In this document: piece after piece, positions 26,955-39,836 of the stretch
Position numbering within the stretch: position 1 is the first letter of the stretch
Layout of the letters: every line of letters starts with the position of its first letter
Origin: Amphiscolops sp. MND2022
Lineage: Eukaryota
Assembly: GCA_964187785.1 (NCBI GenBank)
Contig: OZ076409.1
Location: 34,164,001-34,228,000 of the forward strand
Reading direction: 5' to 3'
DNA: 64,000 nucleotides
Position numbers and translations under genes: made by a program
Notes under the pieces: generated by a model
The model's database searches: none
The model's input: the letters and a program-made list of their open reading frames with translations, nothing else
What the model was told of the DNA's origin: nothing

Positions 26955-28676
26955 ATGCCTACTACTAGAAAACAGAAAAAGGCAAGAAAGTCAAGAGAAG
27001 CAGAAATGCTATCTGACTTTGAGAATTGGGATATTATGCTCGGAGGAAATCACTTTGATAGCAATGAGAGAAATGAAAGTGTGAATAGTAATCAGGCCGG
27101 CAGGCCAGAAAGCTTATTTGGAGGTGAATTTGGAGATGAGAATGAGAATGAGTTCCCAAACCCGGGAAATAATGGACCGAGTCCAAATACCGAATTAGGC
27201 CATAATTCAATCAGAGAGTGTTCAAGTGTTGAAATCAATAGATTGTCGAGTGAGTTAAATTCCCGTATATCTCGAGAGATGGATGAAATGATGAATAGCG
27301 TCAGTGTTCAGATTCAAAGGGCCATAAATGAGGCAATCAGTAGCCAAATTTTGCCTCAAATCCAAAATGCAGTTATGGCCGGGTCGGGACAATTGACCAA
27401 AGAGAGATGGAACGTTCCGGCCGAGAGACCGGAAGGATATTCCGAAATACTGCAAAACTTAGAACCTAGGAACAATTCTAAGAGTAAACAGACCAACGAC
27501 CGTCCCAAAGACGGATTCACAAGCACGAATTCTCGTGCTTACGACATGGTGACAGGAGAAAACGAATCTCCAATCGAAGTTCCTGAGTTTCTCACGGGAC
27601 GAATACCATCCACCAGTCATCTCAACAGATCAAATGATGACCTTCCCCTGCTCGACACGACGATCCCAGCACAAGAGAGAATTGCTACGGCTGCCGACTC
27701 CGATCCCATCACCCGACTGGCAGACGTCTTGACCACAATGCAAAATAGACCGACAGCCCAACAACTCACTATACGCCCAGTCAATTCAAACACAATGACT
27801 TTTGATGGCAAGAGTGAAAAATTCGAGCTGTTTGAGGACCTGTTCCACACGATGATCAAGATGCAACCGGAAATGACGGAACAGATGAAAATAAATCACT
27901 TCCACTCACTGCTGAGGAAGAATGCTCTCCAAACCTTCCGGAACATCAGCTCGAGCAATAGACAGACTTTAGAGGACGTATTGGTAATATTCAGACGAAA
28001 ATACGTCAAACCCGAATCACAGGCGACTGCCAAACATAAATGGCACCGTCTAGTCTTCGATCCCAACACGATGAAACTGCCAGATTTCCTTGAAGAATTA
28101 AATCAAGGGGCAGAAAAAGCATTCGGGGATCACGCGCAGAAAATGATTGACAGTTTGCTCTACGCAAAACTGCCACCAAAACTGAAGCGGTCTGTAAACA
28201 TAGCCAGACTCGAAAACGGCTCTTATGACGAAATAGTTGCTCATTTAGAGAGAGAGTTAGAACTAAATGCCCTCGAGGAATCAGACGATCTACCAATGGC
28301 CACAATGACCTCCTCGACAACAAAACCCAAGACTCCTCTAACTACTGGGCAAATGTCTGATATCACTTGCAACTATTGCAAGGAGAAGGGCCATTTGGTC
28401 AAAGACTGTGAAAAATTGAAGAAGAAAAAGGAAAAAGATGCCCAACAAGGCAAACAAACTCAGAAAAAGACGTATCCGGAGTGTGGCACTTGTGGTAAAA
28501 AGAACCACCCGGAAGAAAGATGTTGGCAAGGTGCTGGTGCGCATTTCAAACCCAAACGCACCAGACCAGATGACGCTAATGACGGTAAACCCAATTCAAA
28601 GGCACAGAAACCACAAAACAAATCAACATCTTCCAACTCACAGGCCTCATCTTCCAATGATGAGTCAAAAAACTAA
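26955..28676 (+). CDS. gag: Gag of element C (573 aa)
   Basis: Open ORF with capsid-like FDGKSEKFELFEDLF region and two CCHC knuckles (CNYCKEKGHLVKDC, CGTCGKKNHPEERC). Confidence 0.95.
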   Translation: MPTTRKQKKARKSREAEMLSDFENWDIMLGGNHFDSNERNESVNSNQAGRPESLFGGEFGDENENEFPNPGNNGPSPNTELGHNSIRECSSVEINRLSSELNSRISREMDEMMNSVSVQIQRAINEAISSQILPQIQNAVMAGSGQLTKERWNVPAERPEGYSEILQNLEPRNNSKSKQTNDRPKDGFTSTNSRAYDMVTGENESPIEVPEFLTGRIPSTSHLNRSNDDLPLLDTTIPAQERIATAADSDPITRLADVLTTMQNRPTAQQLTIRPVNSNTMTFDGKSEKFELFEDLFHTMIKMQPEMTEQMKINHFHSLLRKNALQTFRNISSSNRQTLEDVLVIFRRKYVKPESQATAKHKWHRLVFDPNTMKLPDFLEELNQGAEKAFGDHAQKMIDSLLYAKLPPKLKRSVNIARLENGSYDEIVAHLERELELNALEESDDLPMATMTSSTTKPKTPLTTGQMSDITCNYCKEKGHLVKDCEKLKKKKEKDAQQGKQTQKKTYPECGTCGKKNHPEERCWQGAGAHFKPKRTRPDDANDGKPNSKAQKPQNKSTSSNSQASSSNDESKN

Positions 28677-31148
28677 CTTCGCCACGACTCCAATACAATC
28701 AACTAATATCCGTCCGTCAATACATCAGGTCGGATCCTCCAACAAAAACTTTTCATCAATATACACAACAATTGATGGGCTATCCCTCTGTTGTCTGGCA
28801 GCAACAGATGGAAAAAGCTACCATCATCACCTACAATAACACCCATTTATTCCAGAAACCAATTCCTGTTTGGGACCCTGATTATACTACTACCTTCACT
28901 ACCCGATTCAGGCCTATTCCCCTGGTTGACAATTACAACCCTACCTACATAGATCCAGACTACGGCAGAGACCCCTATTGGGACACAGAAATCTACAACC
29001 AGGAACAACTACAATTCCAATATGTCTTAGACGACATCGAGCACTATAATAGAACGGTCCACGAGAACCCTCCAATCACCCACAATAAAAAGACCAGAGC
29101 ACTAGTTGAAAACTGGCAAATGAATGATGGCACCAACCATCCAGTGTTCCCAAACCCATTAGGGACCGAGACCCATGAAGACGTTGCTCAACCAATACCA
29201 CAATCACTATTAGACGAGAAGCAGTTCCAGAATGTCTTAATCACCAGGGACGGTGAACCAGACTGTATACCACTGTCAACCAACATCAATCTCAAATGCA
29301 AAAAACGCATGTTGTACTTCCCCATGGACTTTGGGGAATTGACCATAGACGGACTTATTGACACTGGAGCGCTGTCCAGTGCAATTCCTGAAATGGACCT
29401 CCGGAAAATTCGACTTCTATCTCCACAATCTGTCATCCGGGAAGGTCCGCCTCCAAATTTCCAAATAATGGTTGCTAATGGGCAATTGGAAACTCCTAAG
29501 AGTACCATAGAGCTCAAATTTGAAGTTGGTGACATTGAGTTTCATGAGAGTTTTATAGTCATGGAACACCTGACAGGTCAAACCCGAATCACAGGCGACT
29601 GCCAAACATAAATGGCACCGTCTAGTCTTCGATCCCAACACGATGAAACTGCCAGATTTCCTTGAAGAATTAAATCAAGGGGCAGAAAAAGCATTCGGGG
29701 ATCACGCGCAGAAAATGATTGACAGTTTGCTCTACGCAAAACTGCCACCAAAACTGAAGCGGTCTGTAAACATGGCCAGACTCGAAAACGGCTCTTATGA
29801 CGAAATAGTTGCTCATTTAGAGAGAGAGTTAGAACTAAATGCCCTTGAGGAATCACACGACCTACCAATGGCCACAATGACCTCCTCGACAACAAAACCC
29901 AAGACTCCTCTAACTACTGGGCAAATGTCTGATATCACTTGCAACTATTGCAAGGAGAAGGGCCATTTGGTCAAAGACTGTGAAAAATTGAAGAAGAAAA
30001 AGGAAAAAGATGCCCAACAAGGCAAACAAACTCAGAAAAAGACGTATCCGGAGTGTGGCACTTGTGGTAAAAAGAACCACCCGGAAGAAAGATGTTGGCA
30101 AGGTGCTGGTGCGCATCTCAAACCCAAACGCACCAGACCAGATGACGCTAATGACGGTAAACCCAATTCAAAGGCGCAGAAACCACAAAACAAATCAACA
30201 TCTTCCAACTCACAGGCCTCATCTTCCAATGATGAGTCAAAAAACTAACTTCGCCACGACTCCAATACAATCAACTAATATCCGTCCGTCAATACATCAG
30301 GTCGGATCCTCCAACAAAAACTTTTCATCAATATACACAACAATTGATGGGCTATCCCTCTGTTGTCTGGCAGCAACAGATGGAAAAAGCTACCATCATC
30401 ACCTACAATAACACCCATTTATTCCAGAAACCAATTCCTGTTTGGGACCCTGATTATACTACTACCTTCACTACCCGATTCAGGCCTATTCCCCTGGTTG
30501 ACAATTACAACCCTACCTACATAGATCCAGACTACGGCAGAGACCCCTATTGGGACACAGAAATCTACAACCAGGAACAACTACAATTCCAATATGTCTT
30601 AGACGACATCGAGCACTATAATAGAACGGTCCACGAGAACCCTCCAATCACCCACAATAAAAAGACCAGAGCACTAGTTGAAAACTGGCAAATGAATGAT
30701 GGCACCAACCATCCAGTGTTCCCAAACCCATTAGGGACCGAGACCCATGAAGACGTTGCTCAACCAATACCACAATCACTATTAGACGAGAAGCAGTTCC
30801 AGAATGTCTTAATCACCAGGGACGGTGAACCAGACTGTATACCACTGTCAACCAACATCAATCTCAAATGCAAAAAACGCATGTTGTACTTCCCCATGGA
30901 CTTTGGGGAATTGACCATAGACGGACTTATTGACACTGGAGCGCTGTCCAGTGCAATTCCTGAAATGGACCTCCGGAAAATTCGACTTCTATCTCCACAA
31001 TCTGTCATCCGGGAAGGTCCGCCTCCAAATTTCCAAATAATGGTTGCTAATGGGCAATTGGAAACTCCTAAGAGTACCATAGAGCTCAAATTTGAAGTTG
31101 GTGACATTGAGTTTCATGAGATTTTTATAGTCATGGAACACCTGACAG
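28005..31148 (+). repeat. 1572-bp tandem duplication (gag 3' half to protease)
   Basis: 28005-29576 is repeated at 29577-31148, with GTC microhomology at the junction and at least 7 substitutions. Confidence 0.95.
28667..28673 (+). promoter_or_regulatory. -1 ribosomal frameshift heptamer A AAA AAC (second copy at 30239-30245)
   Basis: Directly precedes the gag TAA. The -1 frame (KKLTSPRLQYNQLISVRQY...) is open into pol. Confidence 0.88.
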
Positions 31149-34100
31149 GTCCAATTATCGGCCTAATGTTCCTTCAACGAAATCATACAGTCCTGGACAT
31201 GAGACAAGGAATACTGAACTTCCCGTTCTTCTCAATGCAGCTCAAAACAGCTGACCATAAATACTCAAATGTCTTAGAACCAATTCTCAATCCCATTGAG
31301 ATAACCATTCCGCCAAATGATAGAGTCCTAATTAGGACCAATTCCCTACTGTACCCTGAGAATGCTGTCACTGGAATTTTACAACCGAGCGACCTTCTAC
31401 ATGAAGAAGGCGACATCACATTCTGCCCAGCCTTGGTCACTCTGAATGACGGCAATATATCGATACCAGTGAGCAACTTCACAGACCACCCTTATAAACT
31501 CAAAAAGGGACTACATATTGCCAATTTCTCTGTCATGACGCCAGAACAAATGAAGTATGTCAAACCGGTAGACCCGGCATCAACCTGGCACCTTTTGCAG
31601 AATGACCAGGAGCAAGCAGCCCATTATGTCAGCAGTCTCATCAAAACCAATAGAAATCCACAAAACTCCGAAAATTATTGGTTCCCAACTCCAGAAAACC
31701 CTGGAAATCCTGAGGAACACACACCCATACAAAAACAAATCCTAAGCGAGTTACAGGCCTTACAGGACCTGGAGACACTCGACCCCACCACAGACGCAGA
31801 ATCGCGTGCAAAATTCTTAGAAAACTTTGACTGGAAAGATTCCACCCTTACTCCTGAAGAGAAGGAGAAAATTGAGGAATTGTTAGTGGAATTCCATGAC
31901 ATCTTTGCACGACACCGATTTGATATAGGCATGAACGAGGAATTCAAAGTGAAACTGACACCTAAGGACGATTCCCCAGCCTATAGTCAAAGCCTTCCAG
32001 CTCCTATCAATCTGAAGGAGGACATCCTAGTCGAATTAGTCATGTTGCACAAATATGGCATAATAACCACACTGCCGTTCTCAAAGTATGCAAGCCCAAT
32101 ATTCGCCCAAAAGAAACCAAATGGGAAGCTACGACTTTTGGTTGACTTGAGAAAAATCAATAACCTCATCTCGGATGATTATAAAAACAATAATCACCCT
32201 GTTAGCACCCTGGTTGATGCTGCCCAACACTTGGCAGGCAAAAAACTGTTCTGTAAATTAGACTGTTCGCAGGCATATCACTGCCTACCAATGGCCGACC
32301 AACGCTCAATCGAAATGTTGGCTTTCAATTTTGCCAGTCGTACATTAGCGTACAGACGCTTGGCACAAGGCCTTAGTCGGTCACTATCCGCATTCTCGAG
32401 TTTCATGAGGGAATACCTCGACAAAGTCATTAAAGCGGATCAGTGCGCCCAGTATGTGGACGATATCGGCATCGCAGCCAATGATGTTGACCACCTCATA
32501 ATGAACCTGAGAGCAACATTCAAATGCATTCAGGAAGCAGGCCTTAAGTTGACAATGCACAAATGTCACTTTGGTGCAAAAGAATTGATTTTCTCGGACG
32601 GACTATTACCCCACAAGGCGTCAAACCCCAGAAACAGAACGTGCAAAACTTTCTGGAAAAGACCAAATTCCCAAAGTCGAAAAAGGCTTTGCAGCGCTAC
32701 TTGGGATTCTTGAACTACTACAGGAATTATGTCCCAAGACTCTCCGAACGCCTTGCTCCATTCTACAAGATGCTCAAAAGTGACGAAAAGGTCCTAGTAT
32801 CGAAAGAATTAGTCCAACAATTCGAAGAAATCAAAAAAGCACTCGACAAATGTTGCGATTTAGCCCTACAACAGCCTATCCCGAACAAACAAATCGCACT
32901 AATGACTGATGCAAGTTTTGGTGCAGCTGGATATGCGGTCTTAAAAGAAGACGATCCAAACCAGAAATTCACATCTCTCCGAAAACCCTACGCACCGGTG
33001 GCCTATGGATCAAAAACCTTCACCCCAGCCCAGATCAAAATGTCAGTATATGCCAAGGAATTTCTGGCAATTTACTTTGCATTCAAAGAATTTGGACATA
33101 TATTCTGGGGTGCGCCCAAACCGGTCATTATCCTTACCGACAACAAAGCCACTACGAGATTTTTCCAAACGAAAATAATACCCCCAGCCCTGTGGAATGC
33201 ATGCGATTATGTGATTCAATTCAATTTTGTCATAGCACATATCCCGGGAGCACAGAACACAGCAGCTGACTATTTGTCCCGATTGGAGGCAGATCCGAAG
33301 GATAAATTAGTCATGAAAATCCGTGAAGACGTGCAAACTTTACCCATTGAGATAAATGTTCAATCTGCGGGGGTATCACAGGAAGAACAAATATTCTATA
33401 CGAATGATGATGACGAGACAGAGGAACAGTATTGGGCAAGAAAAGAAGCAATCAGGAAAAATCCAATGACTGATGAGCCCACTGTTACCATAGAAACTCT
33501 GTCAACCAATCTGGTCAAACAACAACCAGACATCCAAGTCCGATTAAAGAAAACAAACCAGATAATCATCGAGCAGTCCAAAGATGCAGTATTGCAACAA
33601 TTGAAGGCAAAGCTCCTTCATGAAGACTATTCAGAAAACATACTGCAACAGGATGCCCGATATAGACACTATGCAAATAATCTGGAACGAATTGTACTCA
33701 AGGACGAAATCCTGACGAGGCAATATTTTGATGAAACAGGGAATGTTAAATACCATCAAATTTTGCTCCCGCAACACCTACTTCGGGAATTGCTCCACTC
33801 CCTTCACGGGACAGCGCATAAACATCCCGGGATTTCAAAAATGTTGCAGGAAATCAGACAAAGGTATTACTACCCTAGCATGGCTAAACACGTCAAAAAG
33901 TGGGTAGAAGGGTGTGAACAATGTGCCAGAGACAAGAGAGTCCCTAACGCAACGATCACACCTGAGCTGCTCAACTTGCCCGAATGGGACCTTGGACCTG
34001 AAGACGCCATGCAGATTGACCTATTGCCGAATCTTCCCCCAAGTGGAGGGTATGAAAATGTCCTAACGGCAATTGATGTTTTCTCCAGATATTTATTCGC

Positions 34101-35448
34101 TTATCCCCTTACAGACGCATCAGCGATCAATGTGGCAAAAGCGCTCATTGACATAATGACCAAGCATGCATATCTGCCAACGACTCTTATTACTGATAAG
34201 GGTACTGCATTCACTTCTACGATTATTGCGGAGGTTACGCAAATTTTGGGCATTACACTCAAATGTGCAACGACAAAGCACCCGCAAACAATCGGGAAAT
34301 TAGAGCGGACCCATGCCTCATTAAAGACAAATCTCAAAATGGCATGTGGGGAATACCGCCGACAATGGCATAAATATTTGCCATTAGCAGTACTTAATCA
34401 TAATACGAGTTATCATGCCAGTATTGGTTGTGAGCCAACGAGAGTATTCCATGGCAGAATTCCCTATAACATTCTGGATCACAAGCTTGGAAATAATCCA
34501 AACGAAAAGATCAACCCTACAACCGAATTTGCAGAAGAAATCCAAAACCGGACAAAAATCCTAATTGACAAAACGAAGCAGAACATTATGCAGTCGTACA
34601 TCAAGTACAAAGAATATTACGACGGCAAAGCAAAAGCTGCTCCATTGAAGGAGAATGACTACTGTTTCGTCTTACAGCCGAAAGCGAATCATCAAGGATC
34701 AAAAATTCCATTCCGCGATTACCGTTGGGTTGGACCATTTGTAGTCCAAAAGGTTTTGCCAAATGAAAACTACATAGTACGAAGGATCAATACGAACAAA
34801 ACTCAAATTTTGCATCGCATTCGCCTTAAAAGGTTTATTCCCAATCAACCGCTTGAGGACAATTTCCGAGAACAACGTCTGCAGCCAGACGAAGAAATTG
34901 TCATTCCGCAAGACGACCTATACGTCATAGCGTGGGAAACAGATTTTGGAGAGCAGCTAGTTACACGAGACAGCGAGACTATTCCGACTAGCGTGCCGAA
35001 TGGCGAACAGCCGAACACGGCGGAAACGAATGCAAATGACGGAGACGAGACCGAAGCGGATTACATAATCACGCGAGAAGAATTAAACAACGACAACGCG
35101 GCACACAGCCGGAATAAACGCTTAGATGATGACGTCACTGAAAGAAATAAAGCTACTGCAGTGACAGAAAATACCAAATCTGATTGGCCGAATCCGGCCG
35201 TTTCCCCAAAAAACCAAGAAAATTCTTTGCCGAGTACGGCAGGTGGACCGGAAAATGATGAAATTTTTTCAGAAAGAAATTCAATGAATGAAAACGATGC
35301 ACAAAACTCTCCCAAAAGGGGGGATGATATTATCGTGCCCGAAATATCTGAAAATGATGCTAGAAATGAAAGTCTGAGCCCTAGAGGAGGGAAATATAAC
35401 CTCAGGCCTAACCCTAACCCAAACTACTCAGAAGACTTTAGATACTAA
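30239..35448 (+). CDS. pol: Pol of element C (PR, dUTPase-like spacer, RT, RNase H, integrase), one frameshift near 32583
   Basis: LIDTGA; YVDD; TDASFGAAG; H-H-C-C; IDLL...IDVFSRY...TDKGTAF...GKLERTH; WVGPF. The 1-nt loss in an A run may be a mutation or a sequencing error. Confidence 0.95.
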
Positions 35449-35673
35449 AGAATTGAATTTTCCCGACAGTGGGAGTTCTTTTCTTCTATCTTTTTTATTT
35501 CCTTTGACCACTCAAGTGTTTTTTTTCAATAAATAATTGGGGCATTACAAACGATCCCTCGCAAGGAAAATAAATACGGGATCAAGAAACCAAGAACAAC
35601 AAGATGAAACAAATAATACAAACAGAAATGAACAAAGTTTACAGTCTGAAAGTACATAAATACATATGTACAT

Positions 35674-38600
35674 TTAGTCTTTAGAGGACCCTTGAACGGC
35701 TTTCTTGGATGCAGACGAAATTGTAGAACTGCTACTACCTGCTCGTTTCCTCTGCTTCTTGGAAGGCACCTTTACAGCTGAATCATCAGGGATGGACGAG
35801 GCGGTATCCTTTTCTATCCGGACAGAACGAGTAGAAGGAACAGCAGTAACGGCCTTATAGGAAGTGAGAAGACTCTTGTAGATCTTAGACCTACCAAACT
35901 CATCCACAAGGGTCCAAGGATCATAGTCAGCAGGGAAAGCAGAACGCTCGAAAGAGGAACTGAGAACTGAGAACTTCTCTAAATTGTCATCCGAGCAGCA
36001 ATGAGAAATGGAATTGGGCACACAGGAAAGGTAACTCTGGCAAGGCACCACTAGATCGGCAAAACGGCCCTGACACCCCGTTGTGTCAACACTCCCGAAC
36101 AGTACTGGGGGATATTGGGGGCTAACACTAGTCAGACACAAGCAGCAGAGTTTGAACAGATAGAACAGGTGCTCATGAGTTTGGAAAAACTCAAGCCCCA
36201 TTAAAAAGTCTATAAGATCGACGGAATTCTCCATTAGATCGAAATCTGGAGGATAGTTGACCCGGAGGTAGTCCAACAGAGCCAGATATTCGTCTCGACA
36301 ACTGTTCTCGTTGGCACTAGTGACCCATGATCGAAGCTGGAAAGTAGAATATAGCACATCGAAGTGCCGGAGCCCGACCTCAGAAGGCCTTTTGAAAAGC
36401 ACGAAGGGATCAAAAGCAGCCAACCCCTTTATCACTTCAGAGCTCAGACCAGCTTGACTAAGGACTTGCTTGACTAGATACTGAATGAATTGCAACGCCT
36501 CTTTGACAAAGCTGCTGGTCGTCTCTGCAACCGTCTTCTCGATAGCAGCCTTCTCCGATTTCTTGTTCAGGTGTGTGACTTCTGCACTCTGTTTACTAGC
36601 TGTAGCTATCCGGTTTGTGAGACGGTGCCGGATAAGGAAGTCTTCCTCACTCATGAATTTGCCCTCGCTCACCTTAAACCCGAGAAGGAGGAACCACGAG
36701 TTCTCGAGGGGAATAGTTTCTGGCAAATAACATCGGGCGCACAGTTTTGAAACAAAGCGGCAAACCTCCCCACAGAGGAAGAACGAAGCATCACGGCGAC
36801 CCCGCAGATTGATGGCGAAACTGGTAACGTCTGAAATACAACAGTCGTGATTATGAGAGGAATAGGATATACAAACGAGACAATGTTGATAGTGATTCAA
36901 CAACTCAAGGAATTAAATTATCAGAACGATGTCTTAGTGCACTGACGTGAAATGAAACCGTATACTCACAATCGCCAATTATACGTTGGAAGAATTCCAA
37001 TTTAGCAACGAAGAAGAAGTCACAGATGATGGACCACTCGAAGCTTTGGACCTGATTGTGGACTCCTTGCATTCCTTGGTGAGGGGTGTGCGTAGTCAAG
37101 TACTGTCTGATTGCCTTCCAATTCTTCACAAGTTCTCGGCAAAGACTGGGGAGGCTTGGCAAATCTAATTTGCAGGTGTCGATGGCCTTAAATGAACCAA
37201 ATTGTCTCTCAAATGCACCTACCTTCAAACCTCTAACTACATGAGTGAACTTAATATACTTACTCTTCCCAGATCAGGAGATTCCAGAACCCAGTCCTCA
37301 CCAGTAGCAGCTCCCAATGAAACGATCAGGCACTTTAGGACAGAGAAGAAGTCGATCCGTCCAAATACGCTGTAGGTGGGCTTGTGCATCATCTTCTGAA
37401 GCTGCAGCTGCTCAAAACGAAAGCAACTCTGCACTGCTCGGGGAAAGAACTCATTGTGATCTATGGTTTGGATCAGCTCTACAGGACATCCTGAACAGGC
37501 GACGATATCGGCTTTGGTTGAAACCACAGATAGTAGTCTGGATATCGAACCCAAGTCTCCAGTCAGATCAGCGGAGGGAAGCCCACTTCGGCACACAAAG
37601 ACGCGACAAAGAGAATCGCCTTTCCAGAACTTGATGGACATGAGCCTATTCACGCCCACATTCTCAAATTCGATAGCGAAGCATTGGGTGGTAGCAATTT
37701 GCTCTGCTAATTCACTCATGGCACAATTGAAAATGTGTTGGAAGACGGCCTAAAGAAGAAAAAGACAATTATGAAATGTGTAGGGAATCTATACCCTCCC
37801 TGAGTAAATGTTAGCCTGAAAGGGAACTTACCGAGATCCGTTCTTCCCCCCAATCAAAGTCGCAATATCTAGTTTGATAGTTCGTCAGAGATCCTATCTG
37901 AGCCCACAGTCTGCGGAGTACTCCAAGATCACCGTGGGTTTGCACGAAGTCTCCAACGAGGTGTATTTGTGTCTTGACCCTCGATGCAGGAGTGACGAGT
38001 GTGGTTGACGTCCCTTTCACGAAGTCATCATAGAATGGGAAGCGTTCTCCGATGTCTATTAGTTCGACGTGTATAAATTTGGGGAGTTCTTTCGCCAGCT
38101 CAATCTTAGTGAGGATCTTGCCGTTCCGCCCTCTGACCCGATGCTGCACTTTCCCAGTCACTGGATCAACGCTTTTGAGGTGCTCATAGCGCAACCTTTG
38201 ATCACGCCTGAGGTGTTTTTCGGTCCTGTGGTGACGCAGAATCTCCAGTGTGCCCTTAGTTTTTACAGAAATATTCTTCTTACATATATGGCACCACACC
38301 ATATAAGGATTATGAAGGGGATCAGCTGGCCCGGAGATGAACGATCGGGTCCAGCCAATTTTGGAGAAGAATTCCTCCTTCATTGGAATGCCCCGTGTGT
38401 GGCCGCGCCGTTTCTTCTTGGGCAATTTGCTAGAGCTCGAAGCTAGAGGCTGTGCTGGGGCCGTCTGGGTGCGTAATTCAGAGAGCGTGGCATCGAGACT
38501 GGATTGATCGGTGGATTCAAAACCTGCTTGGGTAGGGTCAGCTCGAGAAGGTGGAACGCGGCTGAAAGGTTCCTTGAAAGCCTGTGAGATGAGTGCCATC

Positions 38601-39836
38601 TCGCCAGAACTGTCTGTATCATTGAAAGACTCTAACCCTCTACTCTCTTGGCCAGCACTGGATCCTTCAGAGGTGTCAGTCCCTGATCCAGAACAGTATT
38701 CAGCCCGCGAACTATCTTCCGAATCACTTTGCAGCCCTGGGCCGGGAGTTTGAGCCCTTGGCCGGATCTTGAAGTGGTCAGTTCGGGCACTGGAAGTGAC
38801 GGGAGCCCCTCTAACCGCTCCGATTACCATCTGCTCCATGGTGGAGTAGGACATTTTCAAGGTCTCGTCTGTAAGGACCCTCAGAAGATGATAGATTTGT
38901 GGCTCCGTGAACGCCACAGTTCTATGACCAAGCGGGAAGGTGATAGTACTGGCATCATCATCGAAATACTGTTTCAAAATGGCCCTACTACGGCCAGAAA
39001 GCTCCCTGATCTTGGGGTCCTGAGCTGCTGAAGTGGAAGGACGCATGGGATCAGGCATCGCAGCGAAAGTATCAGTTGACGACCCTTCTACTGCTGTGTC
39101 TGCTACATTACCTATTGGAAGGTAGGCATACAATTGAGGAGCACTAGCCTGACTGGATGTGTCGCCGGCTTCTTCAGTTCCAGTCTCATCGCCCAACCAC
39201 CTGACTTTTGGTGTTCCTGTTGGCAGCTTGGGGACATCACATAGGGAAGAGCTTTCGTCCGTTTCAATCTGGAGAAATGAAGCTGCGGACATTTCGGCAG
39301 GAGTCACGTTAGTGGGCAACAATTCCGGTAATATAGTCCTCGAGGAAGGAGCAATCGTTAGCCCAGTCTCTAACTGAGTCAAATTGAGCTCGTCGGTTTC
39401 ACCGGCTACGCCTGAAGTTGGGGTACTAGTACGAAAGACCGGTGCAGTAACCCGTGCTTCGACCCCCGGAAGAAGGACCCTCAGGTATACCTCTCTCAGT
39501 CTCTTGTTCTCTTCTCTCAGAGTTCTCCGCAGTATGTCCCTCTGATTGCTGTTGGGCCTGTTCAAGGAGCTGGAGCTTTTCGTCGGCATAAGATGTTACA
39601 TCAACGTTGCTGTCTGTGCTGCTGGGAGACCTTGGTGGCCTGATTGGAGGAAAAGGAGGAGGAGACAATTGTGGTCTTCGGACGGTAGAGGAAGTACCCA
39701 CAGAAACAATCGTTTGAGTATGTTGGTCGGGAATGTCCGCTGCAGAGTTAGTTTGTGTTTGCAGTTCGTCTCCTGGCTGGTTTGCTAAGCAAAAGGAGAT
39801 GAAATTTGGCGGTGAGCTTCCTTGAAAAAAATCCAT
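35674..39836 (-). CDS. Antisense spliced gene of element C: BED-type zinc finger plus inactive hAT-transposase-like protein (about 1205 aa from ATG 39589)
   Basis: Exons 39589-37832, 37749-37264, 37186-36970 and 36830-35674 join in frame through GTAAGT/GTGAGT...AG introns. The conserved start (MDFFQG..FISFCL, 39836) is in another frame. The hAT call rests on motif pattern. Confidence 0.85.
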
